Source: Mizuhopecten yessoensis
Taxonomy: Eukaryota
Assembly: GCF_002113885.1 (NCBI RefSeq)
Contig: NW_018406060.1
Coordinates: forward strand, 1 to 64,000
Direction: 5' to 3'
Length of the DNA: 64,000 nt
The notes below the pieces were generated by a model. It ran no database searches. It was given only the letters and a program-made list of their open reading frames with translations, and had not been told where the DNA came from. A program made the translations under genes and the position numbers. Of the stretch, positions 23,665 through 35,584 are shown piece by piece (position 1 is the first letter of the stretch; each line of letters opens with the position of its first letter).

Positions 23665-25237
23665 AATGATTTTCAGCTTACCCTATAGTAATAATACAGC
23701 TACATATTTTCTTTAAATGATATGCGTTCAGTATCAATGAACGGTTGGACAAGATGCGCATACAAAATGTTATATTGTATTAAGCTGTTAGTAATAACAT
23801 CGCATTTGTAAATAAGTGAAAATCTTTGCCTGTTCGTTTCCCTCAAGTGCAATATAATGGAGGTAATTTCACTAGTAAGCTTACAAATTAAATATCATAT
23901 TATATGATGACCAAATTGCAGCAGTAACTGTGCTATCTGCTTTATCTGTGTACTTGCCCAGATGTGTTTTGGACTTGTATACCACCCAGTCACAATATAT
24001 GGCCAATATACGTAAGTTATAGCAATGTTGTTATCAATAGAATATAATTCTGTTAAGGTGAGAATTGAATATATCTCACACATCAATAATACATTATGAA
24101 CATGAACACCGCCAACAATAAATTACAAACAAACCTTTATTGATGTAGTTTCCCCCTTTCTACTAGTTAAAGCTTTCACATGCTTACAGGTAAAGAGACA
24201 TAGTTACTTTGTATCTACCTGAACTTGCCATTGCCTTGTCCCTATCTTTGTACCCTAGTTTGACATAGCATGCTATCTTTTATTTGTGACACATGCTGGA
24301 TCTGCCTGGTCAGTAACCTCATTCAACAGTATATGAGAGGTCCTTTATATCTTCTACGATTAAAAAAGTGTTGTTGTTTTTTTGGGTCAATATTTCAGTT
24401 CAGATAGAAATAAAAGAAAACGGGTTTTAAAACAGACATACTAATGCGAACTGGAAAATAATATCAGTGTCCTCTATTTTATGAACAACACTCGCCTTGT
24501 AGAAAAGCAACATTAACAAAAACAAAAAGGATATTGACAAGAATTCACATGTATCATACATGAGCGTGAGAGACCTATTTGAAAAAGACTTAAAAGCTTA
24601 ATGAGTCAAGATACTTTGAGAATCTATAAAACATATATTAGACCATTTTTAAATAGGCTTGTGAACTATGGGATGAATGTGCAAGACACGAGGCTGTAAA
24701 GACAGAGAAACGACAAAGAAATGCTACGCTTATTTTAGCAAAAGTTTCTTTGTAAGCTCGTATCCTTGATTTGCATGTTGTAAAATGTCCGAAATCTTGC
24801 CTTTTGTAAGCCAGGTAGATATTGTGTGTTATCTTTAACTGTGACCCATGCTGGAAACGAAAGGTCCCTTTCAGTTTAAAAGTTCATGTGTTTACAGGTA
24901 GACATTCCTAGTTATCTTGGTATCTTCCGGACCTTGTCTTCGCCGTGGTCGAGTCTGTTGAATTCTAGGTTGATATTGTGTGTTATCTTTACTTGTTTAA
25001 GATGCATGTAATTCATACCTAGACTGCTACTTGCGGCTACTCTTCCTATGTGATGTAAATCATTTCTTCATAATTGATGACATATGATACTGCAAAGACA
25101 TTGTGATTTGAATAATGTGGGTTACAGCAAATGAAATTCACAATTTTTCCAACCTACATTTACTTAAGAGTTTCGAATATGTCAAGCACACTACATTACA
25201 GCACCAAAAAATTACGATATCTGTCTTATGCAGTGTA
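23665..25237 (-). promoter_or_regulatory. Inverted copy of the gene-1 upstream region (~3335-5415), carrying module B and an internally deleted module A
   Basis: Reverse-complement matches, e.g. 24330-24360 vs 4738-4770, 24660-24860 vs 4170-4375, 25185-25232 vs 3330-3375. Confidence 0.85.
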
Positions 25238-25563
25238 AAATACCAAGTGTTCAATGAAACGTGAAACGTTCAGTATTTATAATTTCCTTCAAAATTTGTG
25301 ACTTACTTTGCAATTTTGTTACAGAATCCATGCTGATAACTCACAGTAAGCTGATCATCACAGAAGGGATTATAGACTAAAGATGATCCCTGTATCAAGA
25401 AAGGTCAGTAACATTCACTTGCCGGGATGTGAGGCCCCCGTCATTTGTGTATTACGAGAGGTCAGTAACATTCACTAGGTGGGGTTTCCCCCATCGCCTG
25501 TCTGTTAGCATATATAGATAATACTAATTGGTTGATGTCCTGCCTAAGAAATAACTAGCTGAA

Positions 25564-27171
25564 ATGGCAGAAAAGGCGATTTCTTTCTATAAAGGACAGA
25601 TAGCGGTTCGCGGCCAGGATCAAACCAAATGTGTACACCACAAAGGCGAGTCTTTGGATTGGTTTTGTGAGACATGTTATGACGTCATATGTGCCAAATG
25701 TGTGTCCACTTCACACAAAGGTCATGACAATATCCTACTTAGCGAAGCTACTCCCGACAACAAACGTAAGATAAAATCATTTATATATGAAACGGAGCAA
25801 AAAGAGCTGGTTGAAATTCAACTAAAAATCAGTTCAACACAGCATAGTCTGGATGAACACTTGAACCATTTCAAGAGTGTAGCAGAAGAAGTAAAAATGC
25901 AAGGGGAGAAACTTAAGGAGGATATTGATGTTTTGATAGCGGAAACACTAGCTCAGGTGAAACATTTAGAAGTAGAAAATACTAAACTGCTCACCAGTTA
26001 CAAGAATGAACTCGAGAAAAAACTAGCAGACCTAAAGGAACAACTGAAACATTGTAAGGAAACTCTTCAGACAGGCACAGATATCCAGGTGTTTGACCTT
26101 TCAAAAGGACTTCAGACAAACATCATCTTACCTGAAAAACCAAAGTTAGGTTCTGGCGACTTCACCCCAAACAACAGAAGGAATACAATCCTGAAGGAGG
26201 CATTTGGAAAACTTTCCCTGAGACCATCGGAACAGTCTCAGTCCTCCACTGGCCCTGACCAGTCAGATGAAACACCAGTTGATGATAACCCGCTACCTTC
26301 CGGACATCAACAATCAGTTAAACGGAGCACAGACACAGATAAAGACCCGGAGAAGGCCCTTCTTCCTCAGATTAAGATTATATCAGAATGGTCTCCAGAT
26401 ATGATTACCAAAATATGTCCAAAACATGGTGGCGGCGTGTGGACAAGTGACGGGTACAAAGGGATCCACCTAAACAGTCAAGGAGAGATACAGCAGGAGA
26501 TAAAGAGTCCTGTCTACATCTCATATATCACTTTATCCCCTACTACACACAACCTCTGGGCATGTTCTACTTCAGATAAGAGTGTCTTGGAGCTGACATC
26601 AGGTAAACTGACCCGCAGATTCAAAACAAAGGATAAACCCCGATGTCTGTGTATTACAAGAGATGAACATATTCTTGTGGGAACAAAACATAAAATTACC
26701 GAATACACTCCGGAAGGGAATCCCGGTATCGGCACCAAAACATATTTGTTGAAGAAACCGATGGTGTGTTCACCACAGAGTATATCACAATGTCCAATCA
26801 ATGACAATGTCGCTGTCGTTGATAGCGATCTTACAGATGATGGTGGTCAGGACAATCCAGCAGTCATAGTGTTAGACAGAAAACTTAAGGAGATATACAG
26901 GTATAAAGAATCACAACATTACAGCGGATCTACGTCTCTACTTTTCCCCTATGATGTAACATACGACAGTCTAGGATTCCTGGTAATAGCTGACTTCGCC
27001 AACAGAGGCATACATCTGCTGAGTGGTGATGGACAATATCTGCGACAGTTATATACTGATATAGACCTACCCTTTGTTGTATGTGTTGACACGGAGGGAG
27101 TTCTGTGGGCGGTGTTTGGTTTATCCAACACTAATCAAAAGGTTAAACGTCTACAGTACACAAGTGTTTAA
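25564..27171 (+). CDS. RING-less TRIM-like protein (B-box2, coiled coil, NHL-like propeller), copy 4, 535 aa
   Basis: Intact ORF, same domain motifs, closely similar to copy 1; putative acceptors ttttgttacag (25324) and ctgcctaag (~25548). Confidence 0.9.
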   Translation: MAEKAISFYKGQIAVRGQDQTKCVHHKGESLDWFCETCYDVICAKCVSTSHKGHDNILLSEATPDNKRKIKSFIYETEQKELVEIQLKISSTQHSLDEHLNHFKSVAEEVKMQGEKLKEDIDVLIAETLAQVKHLEVENTKLLTSYKNELEKKLADLKEQLKHCKETLQTGTDIQVFDLSKGLQTNIILPEKPKLGSGDFTPNNRRNTILKEAFGKLSLRPSEQSQSSTGPDQSDETPVDDNPLPSGHQQSVKRSTDTDKDPEKALLPQIKIISEWSPDMITKICPKHGGGVWTSDGYKGIHLNSQGEIQQEIKSPVYISYITLSPTTHNLWACSTSDKSVLELTSGKLTRRFKTKDKPRCLCITRDEHILVGTKHKITEYTPEGNPGIGTKTYLLKKPMVCSPQSISQCPINDNVAVVDSDLTDDGGQDNPAVIVLDRKLKEIYRYKESQHYSGSTSLLFPYDVTYDSLGFLVIADFANRGIHLLSGDGQYLRQLYTDIDLPFVVCVDTEGVLWAVFGLSNTNQKVKRLQYTSV

Positions 27172-29789
27172 ATAAAGCCATATTTGCGTTTACGTGTAGT
27201 ACATAGGTTAAACTTTACCAAGTCATGTGACACATACAACAAATGTCGCATCAAACAATTAGTTTCTATATATTGGTAAGAATGAGTAAACGTTTCCAGC
27301 AAATACTGTCTTTAATGAAGTGATGATTTACATTATAATTTCCCAACGACGTCAATCACAAATGGTTTTGTTAATATATTTATGAAAAGAAAAATAATAA
27401 CAATCTATGACCTTACCTTTTCAGTATTGAGATATATAAGTATGTACATATAGTCGTAATAATAATACCAATTATATCCAAACTTGCGTATATATTCTAT
27501 CTAAGGAAATCTCAATCCATTAGATAAATCAATTATAATCACTTGGTAATAATTAAGTCCAATATTGATTTTCTTCGAATTCAAACTGTTACAAAGTATT
27601 ATTCAAAACATGTTATCAATATTGTTTTATATCTCACATACTCGAAGGGCAATTGGACCTAGGTTATGCCGTGGCGCAGAGTTTGTCGTCCGTTGACGTT
27701 TCATTTAAACAATCTTTTTCTAAATACCGGAAAGGCATAGGGTCAGCATATGTCACTGGTAGTTCCCTGGGATAAGCGAAGTTTGTGAAAAATTGACTTC
27801 GACCCAGAATGACCAACTAGCCTCGGATTATGACATTTGGCCAGTAGTCATCGTTGGATGAAGAACTACACCGCTGGCTATATTGAATGATCTTGTTGTG
27901 CTGAAATAATTAAACCAGTAATTTTTAACAACCAATAATTATCGCCACTTATAGGTAATAATATTCGTACGTAGCTTAATTAAGTCCGTTTAATAATAAT
28001 AATAATTCGAGGTTCTTATATACTGCTTTAACACAACCTAGTTAGTAGGTTGTCTCAAAGCGGTTAAAAAATTATGATCCGTGGTTATAGGGCTTTTGCA
28101 ATCACAGCCAATATCTTTCTCAACTCCCTGGGGTGCATACCGTCGGAGCTGCCATTTCGGCGCTAACAGCTAGCATTCAACAATTCTAGCGCTGCCCAAC
28201 CACGGACTCATATACAGCTGAGTTGATTGGAGCAAGCGGAGTAAACTATTTTGCTCAAAGGTACAACACAGTGCCGTGCCGTTCGGTCACGAGCCCGGCG
28301 TCCTACCACTTGACTTCCGTGCCTCCTAAATATTTGACATTTGGCCACTTTTGAGGTTACAAGTATGATATTAATATCAGGTGAGCGGTGAGGTCGCATT
28401 GGGACTTTTTTTCAATATGCATAACTTTGATGTCAATACAACAGAATTAATTATGCTATACTGATTTTTATTTTGTTTAAATGCTATTGTTTTAGAAAAA
28501 AACACCTCTTTTAAATCTGTTCAAATTGAAATTGATCAAATATAGATAGTTTCATATACAATTTTATACTACAAATCAAAATTTAAAGCATTAATAAATA
28601 TTTTAAAAGTTCTATTATGTCTATATTTCCCCTTTCTTATTNGGTTCTTATATACTGCTTTAACACAACCTAGTTAGTAGGTTGTCTCAAAGCGGTTCAA
28701 AAATTATGATCCGTGGTTATAGGGCTTTTGCAACCAGCCAATATCTTTCTCAACTCCTTGGGGTGCATACCGTCGGAGCTGCCATTTCGGCGCTAACAGC
28801 TAGCATTCAACAATTCTAGCGCTGCCCAACCACGGACTCATATACAGCTGAGTTGATTGGAGCAAGCGGAGTAAACTATTTTGCTCAAAGGTACAACACA
28901 GTGCCGTGCCGTTCGGTCACGAGCCCGGCGTCCTACCACTTGACTTCCGTGCCTCCTAAATATTTGACATTTGGCCACTTTTGAGGTTACAAGTATGATA
29001 TTAATATCAGGTGAGCGGTGAGGTCGCATTGGGACTTTTTTTCAATATTCATAACTGTGATGTCAATACAACAGAATTAATTATACTGTACTGATTTTTA
29101 TTTTGTTTAAATGCTATTGTTTTAGAAAAAAACACCTCTTTTAAATCTGTTCAAATTGAAATTGATCAAATATAGATAGTTTCATATACAATTTTATACT
29201 ACAAATCAAAATTTAAAGCATTAATAAATATTTTAAAAGTTCTATTATGTCTATATTTCCCCTTTCTTATTTGATACCAGTATAATACTCCGTCACGTAG
29301 TGGAAAACCATCGCTACTGGCACGAAGAACACTATTTTAAAGCGAATCTTGTATTACTGAAGATAGATTTGTTACATTCATAGAAAACAAGCCATTTATT
29401 TGAAGCAATTTACGCTTTACTTTAAGAAGACGGATGAAAGGAAACTGACCAAGCCAGGTAACGACAATATTTCCATGTAAATAGATTATTTTTTGAATGA
29501 TAAAATTAATAATAAATACTCAGACATTAATGTTTTTAAAGTAATTTCTTGCAGTTGATTAAAGTTTATTTCCACCGCCGTTACAGAGTAGCACTTAGAA
29601 AGATTAACATTAATGTAACTAAGGTGACGGAACCCGTCTGTATCAACACACCCGCGTCTATGACAACGGCCGTAGCAACGCGAAAAACAACCGTCTTTTA
29701 TGAGACATCATGCCTTGCACAACTATACCATAATTAGTAAGATGATTTAAAAGTAGTAATTAATAACTGTCATACAGGTCAAGTGTCAA
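27043..29789 (+). repeat. Segmental duplication with 17765-19909 (3' end and 3' flank of TRIM-like gene)
   Basis: Near-identical collinear sequence including the SINE; the shorter copy ends at the N at 19910. Confidence 0.92.
28011..29271 (+). repeat. ~630-bp direct duplication split by a single N at 28642 (probable false duplication)
   Basis: 28011-28641 ~ 28643-29271; the paralogous region at ~18757-19387 is single copy. Confidence 0.9.
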
Positions 29790-31208
29790 CGATAAAGCAC
29801 AAGACACCAATATTTCCGGAACACATGGTCTTGAAGTGTCTAACAAATCTAAACAAATCAAACAACATTCTAGGTCTACGTTTGTACCATACACAAGATA
29901 CGGGTATAAACAAGTAATCTTAATTAAATCATTCTGTATTGATATGGCCGATTTCATGAAGTGGTTAAATGAGTTAAACTGAAGACAAATTCATCAGTAA
30001 CAGCTTACAGTCACAAATTCAGTCAACAAACCTAACAAACTGCTCTTGAAACTATACCATAACTTCTGGAAACGTGTTATAAACCCTTACCAGTTGTATT
30101 CAAACCTCTCGAATGCAACGCCTATAATATCTGAGTAAGTCCTTTACGACGTCTCTATCGCTATATGAAATCAATAGCCTTTAATATCTTTCCTATGCAA
30201 ATCTTCATAATATTCTGTTAATATTCTCCGTTGAAATTCGAAGTCAGAACATGAAGACTGTAACATATCATTGGGGTACGAGCTCAAGACCTGTTGAACG
30301 TGAGTCATTCACTCCTGAAATATAAGCTGTAGTTGTTTTATAAGAACTCGCTAACTGCTTGATGTTTATCCTGTTTTTTATCGTGCGGGTAGTCCTTGTC
30401 TACGTTGAAATTAGGATCGTGTAGAGCTTTATCAGGTACCGAAACTTAGTCTAGTTATAATTATTCTGTCAACTTTATTTAGTTTTGTTCTGTCAAAGTA
30501 CTTCAAGATCGGTTTGTTAGATAACCAATACAAATAACGCTTTATACATTTCACACAACACTCCTTTCTCGTTTGGGTTTCGTTTCACAATTGATATTTT
30601 ATTTTGTTGGTTCGAAAGAAGCTATAAATAAGAAATATACATATATAACTTTACACATAAACAACAAATATATCTTTCACACCATCACACATACGTTTTC
30701 CCGGTGATAAAGTTCAGTTTTTCGTCGCGCTGTGAATGATAATAAAAATACTTAACGCGACGCACTCACCAGGATGCTGTGAACAAAGGACTTCTTCCAA
30801 TGTAAGTTGAAAGTACAGTATGCAGTCGGTTGTGTGTCGGATAAGAGTCAATTTAAAACACAAGTTAAATGGTCAAGCAAGTGCTGCGATTGGTCAGTTG
30901 ACTGAATAACAACTCTCACCAATCGATTTAGTAACGAACATGCAACACACAAAACGAGTACGCCAAAATACCAACACAATCAATGACGTCACAAACATGT
31001 GTACTTTCAGGTAAAATATACACACGAACTCTTACGTGTATCTATCTATATATATATATCGAACACAAAATAAACATTGTGTTACATACATAATAGAAAG
31101 CGTAACATAGAAATGTCTGGTTTCCAAATGTGAAAGATAATTGCGTACATATCAAGGGTTTGTTGTCACAATCTGTCCCTACCTGGCAGTAGATAAGTCT
31201 TATATATA

Positions 31209-32570
31209 CTAGCGGAAAAAAGAAACTGTGCATGCCTAAAATGTGTTATAAAAATAAATGTGTATGACGTAGAACAACAAGGTTTTCAGGGACCGTTTGC
31301 CTGAATGCAAGCATGGCAACGTCGACGCATGGAGCCTATCAGACGGTTCAAGAATGCTTGTAGGATGGCATTCCAGATCTGTACCACCACTGCAGCCAAA
31401 TCAGCCAACGTCACCGGTTGATTAGGTAATGCCCGTAATCTGCGCTTCATTTCATCCCAGACGTGTTCAATGGGCGACAGATCGGGGGATACAGCAGGCC
31501 AGGGCAACACGTCAACGTTCTGCTGGGCCAGAAAGTCCATAGCAACACGAGCTGTGTGTGGCCAGGCGTTGTCCTGCTGTAGCGTAATGTGACGTTGCTG
31601 CCCTTGCACGAATGGAACGACGTGAGTCCGGAGGATCTCGTCACGGTAACGTAGCGCGTTCAAATTCCAGTTAACACCCACTAGAGGCGTTCTCCCGTTG
31701 GCTGTGATGCCGCCCCAAATCATAACATAAAAAAAGAACGTCGTTGTACCACACACGCGCCACGGAAACGTTCTCCAACGAGACGATACATTCTGGAACG
31801 GCCGTCACTACTATCAAGGTGGACTCGCGACTCGTCCGTAAACAAAATGCCTGCCAAATCCCGTCGAGTAAATCGCAGATGCCTTCTGCACCAGTCCAGA
31901 CGTGCTACACGATGACGTGGCAGAAGAACTGGGCGGATTGCAGGACGTCGCGGACGGATAGCTCGTTCACGCAATCGGTTCCGTACAGTTCTCGGGCTTA
32001 TTGGTAGCAACCCAGGGATTGTTCGTGCAGTCAAACTTGCCGTTTGGAAGCGATTTCTCAAATGGACAAGCCAAATATGGTTGTCCTGTTGACGTGACGT
32101 CACACGTGGACGTCCCGCACGAGGTCGATCGCCGACGTGGCTGTTGATGTCGTCTCCACAAATCCCGGATGTGTTTCGATGGACATGAAAACGTGTAGAG
32201 ACAACGGCTTGGCCCATACCAGCTTGAAGCATACCAATAATCCGGAGGCGGTCATTTTCATTGAGCCTCGGCATAGCATTAATCACAAATTAAAAAGTTA
32301 TAATGCTGTTTTTACTGTTCACTGGTCTCAACAGAGTGACCCAACAGTTGAAAAATAAACTTTCATTGTCGAATTGGATGGCTGGACGAGAAAAACGTGC
32401 AAACTGGTCAACGCCTATAGAGAGCAAACTGCACGGGAAAAACTGTCAATGACACACGGATAGTATGTATGTGTCATACTCGGTCATGTGTGTGAAATTT
32501 CATGTATATACAGTTGGTAATACATGTTCTATAACAATTCTCCGCATGCACAGTTTCTTTTTTCCGCTAG
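31209..32570 (-). mobile_element. Full-length Tc1-family (DD34E) DNA transposon with frameshifted transposase (~32274-31286)
   Basis: Perfect 27-bp TIRs ctagcggaaaaaagaaactgtgcatgc, TA flanks; motifs GRPR, LFTDESR, QQDNAWPH, SPDLSPIEHVW with 34 residues between D and E; frameshift at ~31725-31740. Confidence 0.95.
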
Positions 32571-32659
32571 TATAAGTTGCATTGAGACCAAAGAAGTAGA
32601 GTTAAGTCAACTGTGCAAAAAGCTGCTTTTAAATAGCTTCACTGAATGTACATACGTCA

Positions 32660-32757
32660 TAACTTTGGCCGGGTAGACAGAGATGGCCAGGTTTGTCTAC
32701 CTGTAAACACCTGCAAGCCTCGACTGGAAGAGACGACAAGCCTACATCATTACAGGT
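32660..32757 (+). promoter_or_regulatory. Putative first exon module of TRIM-like copy 5; donor cag|gtatgt at 32755/32756
   Basis: Conserved module; putative acceptors ctttatag (~33808) and ttattcag (~33953). Confidence 0.55.
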
Positions 32758-33968
32758 ATGTTTATACTTTGTCATTGTTAGTGATGGTGGTGTAGTACTT
32801 ATGTGTGAAATATATTCAAATGTATTTAATTGTATTTAATGCCGCCATACGGGGAAGCGTACAAGAACAGGGGACATCTGGGCAGATTAACAAATAACGC
32901 AAAGAGTTCTAGGAAATTGTATACAAACGTTTAATGAATCTAGGTAGGATTGGTTTAACGAGTTTAGTTTTATCGTCCTATAAACAATCTAGGTCATTTA
33001 AGGATGTGCCTCCATCTGATGTGTGTAATGTATGTGTGCGTTCTGGGAAGCGGTAAGTTTGTGTATTTACCTCCATGTGATAACGCTCATAACATTTCTT
33101 GCTTGGGTAAACACACTACCCCGAGGCAAAAAGCGGGGTATTGCCAGAGAAGTGTTAGGAAATGAAAATGAAAACTTATAGGTCCGAAATGTTGCAATGG
33201 ATAAACAAAAATGTTAGTCGCTTTTGTTTGCCAAAACAAAAAGCACACATATTTAATTAATTTATTACTTGGGATAAATTGATGTTGGAACTGCACTTAC
33301 TCACATCCAAGATGGCGCAAGGAACATATGTTGAGTTACATGACTCCAAAATTCCTGTTTCCAAGCAGCATTAGAATGACAGTAAATATAACAAACCTAG
33401 ATAAATAACAACATATCTTAAATCTATACACGTATTGAGATGTGTGTAATTTAGATATTGACATATGCATTTATCAACATCCAACGTTAGTTTTAAAAAA
33501 TCGGTATCTACTTCAAAAAACTATTCATAAAATGGAAAACGCATCAAAAACTTGCATTCAATATCTTTCATGAAATAAAGTTATTGTGTGGCTTTTGCAT
33601 AAAAATGTTGCCGTTTGTGAATTGCGCCATGGTCATTGCGAGTAACTGTAGCTACGGGCGTCAACTTTTCACCAGCGATTACAAGATAATCTTGCATGAC
33701 CAGTGTCAAGGACGTATAAGCAATTAGTATTCATCTGAAGATGAAACGTTCAGTGCATATACATTTGGGATATTTGTGATAATCAAATATCTTATAATTT
33801 CTTTATAGAATGAACGCTGAAAATTCAGAGGAAGCTGAAGACTAAAGGATGATCATTGTATCACGAGAGGTCAGTAACATTCATAGACTGGGAGGCCCCG
33901 ATTACTTGTGTAGTAACATACATATGAAATAACGATATTTTGAAATTATTCAGAAATTACCAGAACAA

Positions 33969-35384
33969 ATGGCAGAAAATGCGATTTCGTTCTATAAAGG
34001 ACAGATAGCTGTTCGCGGGAAGAGTCAAACTACATGTGTATATCACAAAAGCGAAACTTTGGACTTGTTTTGTGAGACTTGTAATGACGTCATCTGTGCC
34101 AAGTGTGTGTCCACTTCACACAAAGATCATGACACTACCCTACTACGCGAAGTTACTCCAGCCAACAAACGTAAGATCAAAACATTTATAAATGAAACGG
34201 AGCAGAAGAAGCTGATTGAAATTCAACAGGAAATCAATTCTACACAGGACAGTCTGGATAAACACTTGAACGATTCTGAGAGTGTTGCAGAAGAGGTAAG
34301 CACGCAAGGAGTGACACGTAGGGCCCTCACCAGTTACAAGACTGAACTCGGGAAAACACTTGCAAACCTTAAAGAGCAACTAAAGCAATGTAAGAAAACT
34401 CTACAGACTGGCACGGATATCCAGGTGTTTGACCTGGAAAAAGAACTTCAGACCACTAACACCTGCCTTGACAAAACATATGCAGGTTCTGCCTTATTCG
34501 TCCCATACAACAGAAGAAATGAAATCCTGGGTGCTGCATTTGAAAAAGTAACCACCCCACCATCTGGACACATGAAGATTCTATCAGAATGGAACTATCA
34601 GGGTAACATAACACCCATATGTCCCAAAAGTGGCGGTAGTGTGTGGATAAATAACATCTGCAAAGTAACCCACCTTAACAGCCAAGGAACTATGGAGCAG
34701 CAGATGCACACGTTTGGCTTGGCCAGAGATATCTCTGTATCCCCCTCTACACACAATCTATGGATATGTTGTGATTATGATAAAAATATTACGGAGCTGA
34801 TACATGCATCAGGTGTACTGAACCATGTATTCAGCACAAAGGATGAACCCCGATGTCTGTGTGTTAGAAAGGATGAACATATCCTTGTGGGAACAAAACA
34901 CAAAATCACCGAGTACACTCTAGGAGGGGAGCCCGTTATCACTACCAAAACATCATTTTTCAGAAAACCAATAGTGTGTTCACCACAGAGGATATCACAA
35001 TGCCCAATCAACTACAATGTCGCTGTAGTTGATAGAGATCAGAAAGGAGATGGTGGTAAGGACAAACCTGTAGTCATTGTGTTGGACAGACAGCTTAAGC
35101 AATTATACAGGTATGGAGAATCACAACACAACAGTGGCACTGATTTGTGGAGTTTTGATCCCTATGATGTAACGTACGACAGTTTAGGACACCTGGTGAT
35201 TGCGGACTATACAAACAAACACCTCCATCTGCTGAGTGGTGATGGACAATACCTGCGACTGCTGCATACCGACATAGACAGTCCCCGGGCTGTATGTGTT
35301 GATACGGAAGGAGTTCTTTGGGCCGTTTTGGAAGCAGTCTACAATAACGGAAATGTGAAACGTCTACAGTTCACAAATGCTTAA
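33969..35384 (+). CDS. RING-less TRIM-like protein, copy 5, 471 aa, with shortened coiled coil and no S/T/P linker
   Basis: Intact ORF with B-box2 (CVYHKSETLDLFCETCNDVICAKCVSTSHKDH) and NHL-like blades; in-frame deletions relative to copies 1, 4 and 6. Confidence 0.85.
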   Translation: MAENAISFYKGQIAVRGKSQTTCVYHKSETLDLFCETCNDVICAKCVSTSHKDHDTTLLREVTPANKRKIKTFINETEQKKLIEIQQEINSTQDSLDKHLNDSESVAEEVSTQGVTRRALTSYKTELGKTLANLKEQLKQCKKTLQTGTDIQVFDLEKELQTTNTCLDKTYAGSALFVPYNRRNEILGAAFEKVTTPPSGHMKILSEWNYQGNITPICPKSGGSVWINNICKVTHLNSQGTMEQQMHTFGLARDISVSPSTHNLWICCDYDKNITELIHASGVLNHVFSTKDEPRCLCVRKDEHILVGTKHKITEYTLGGEPVITTKTSFFRKPIVCSPQRISQCPINYNVAVVDRDQKGDGGKDKPVVIVLDRQLKQLYRYGESQHNSGTDLWSFDPYDVTYDSLGHLVIADYTNKHLHLLSGDGQYLRLLHTDIDSPRAVCVDTEGVLWAVLEAVYNNGNVKRLQFTNA

Positions 35385-35459
35385 GTCTCTTTTCTGAAGT
35401 AAATAGACTTAGCATTACTTTGACAGATGACAGACCACACATTTCGTATAAAATGAATA

Positions 35460-35584
35460 CTGCTGCACACTGACATAGAAAGTCCCCGGGTTGTATGTGT
35501 TGACACGGAGGGAGCTCTGTGGCCATTGATTGGTTAATTCGGCTCTGATCAAAAGGTGAAACGTGTATAGTGCACTATGTTTAA
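35460..35584 (+). pseudogene. Orphan duplicate of the last propeller blade/C-terminus, with stops
   Basis: Translates LLHTDIESPRVVCVDTEGALWPLIG*FGSDQKVKRV*; followed by the family-type 3' flank. Confidence 0.85.

Noticed and set aside
25252-25268. gaaacgtgaaac as an interferon-response-like element in the inverted repeat
   Set aside because: Spacing differs from GAAANNGAAA and the motif is not conserved in the gene-1 equivalent.
29790-30720. Possible decayed LINE ORF1/PHD-like fragments on the minus strand (CERYICCLCVK, GVLCEM)
   Set aside because: Too many stops and frameshifts to assign without a search.
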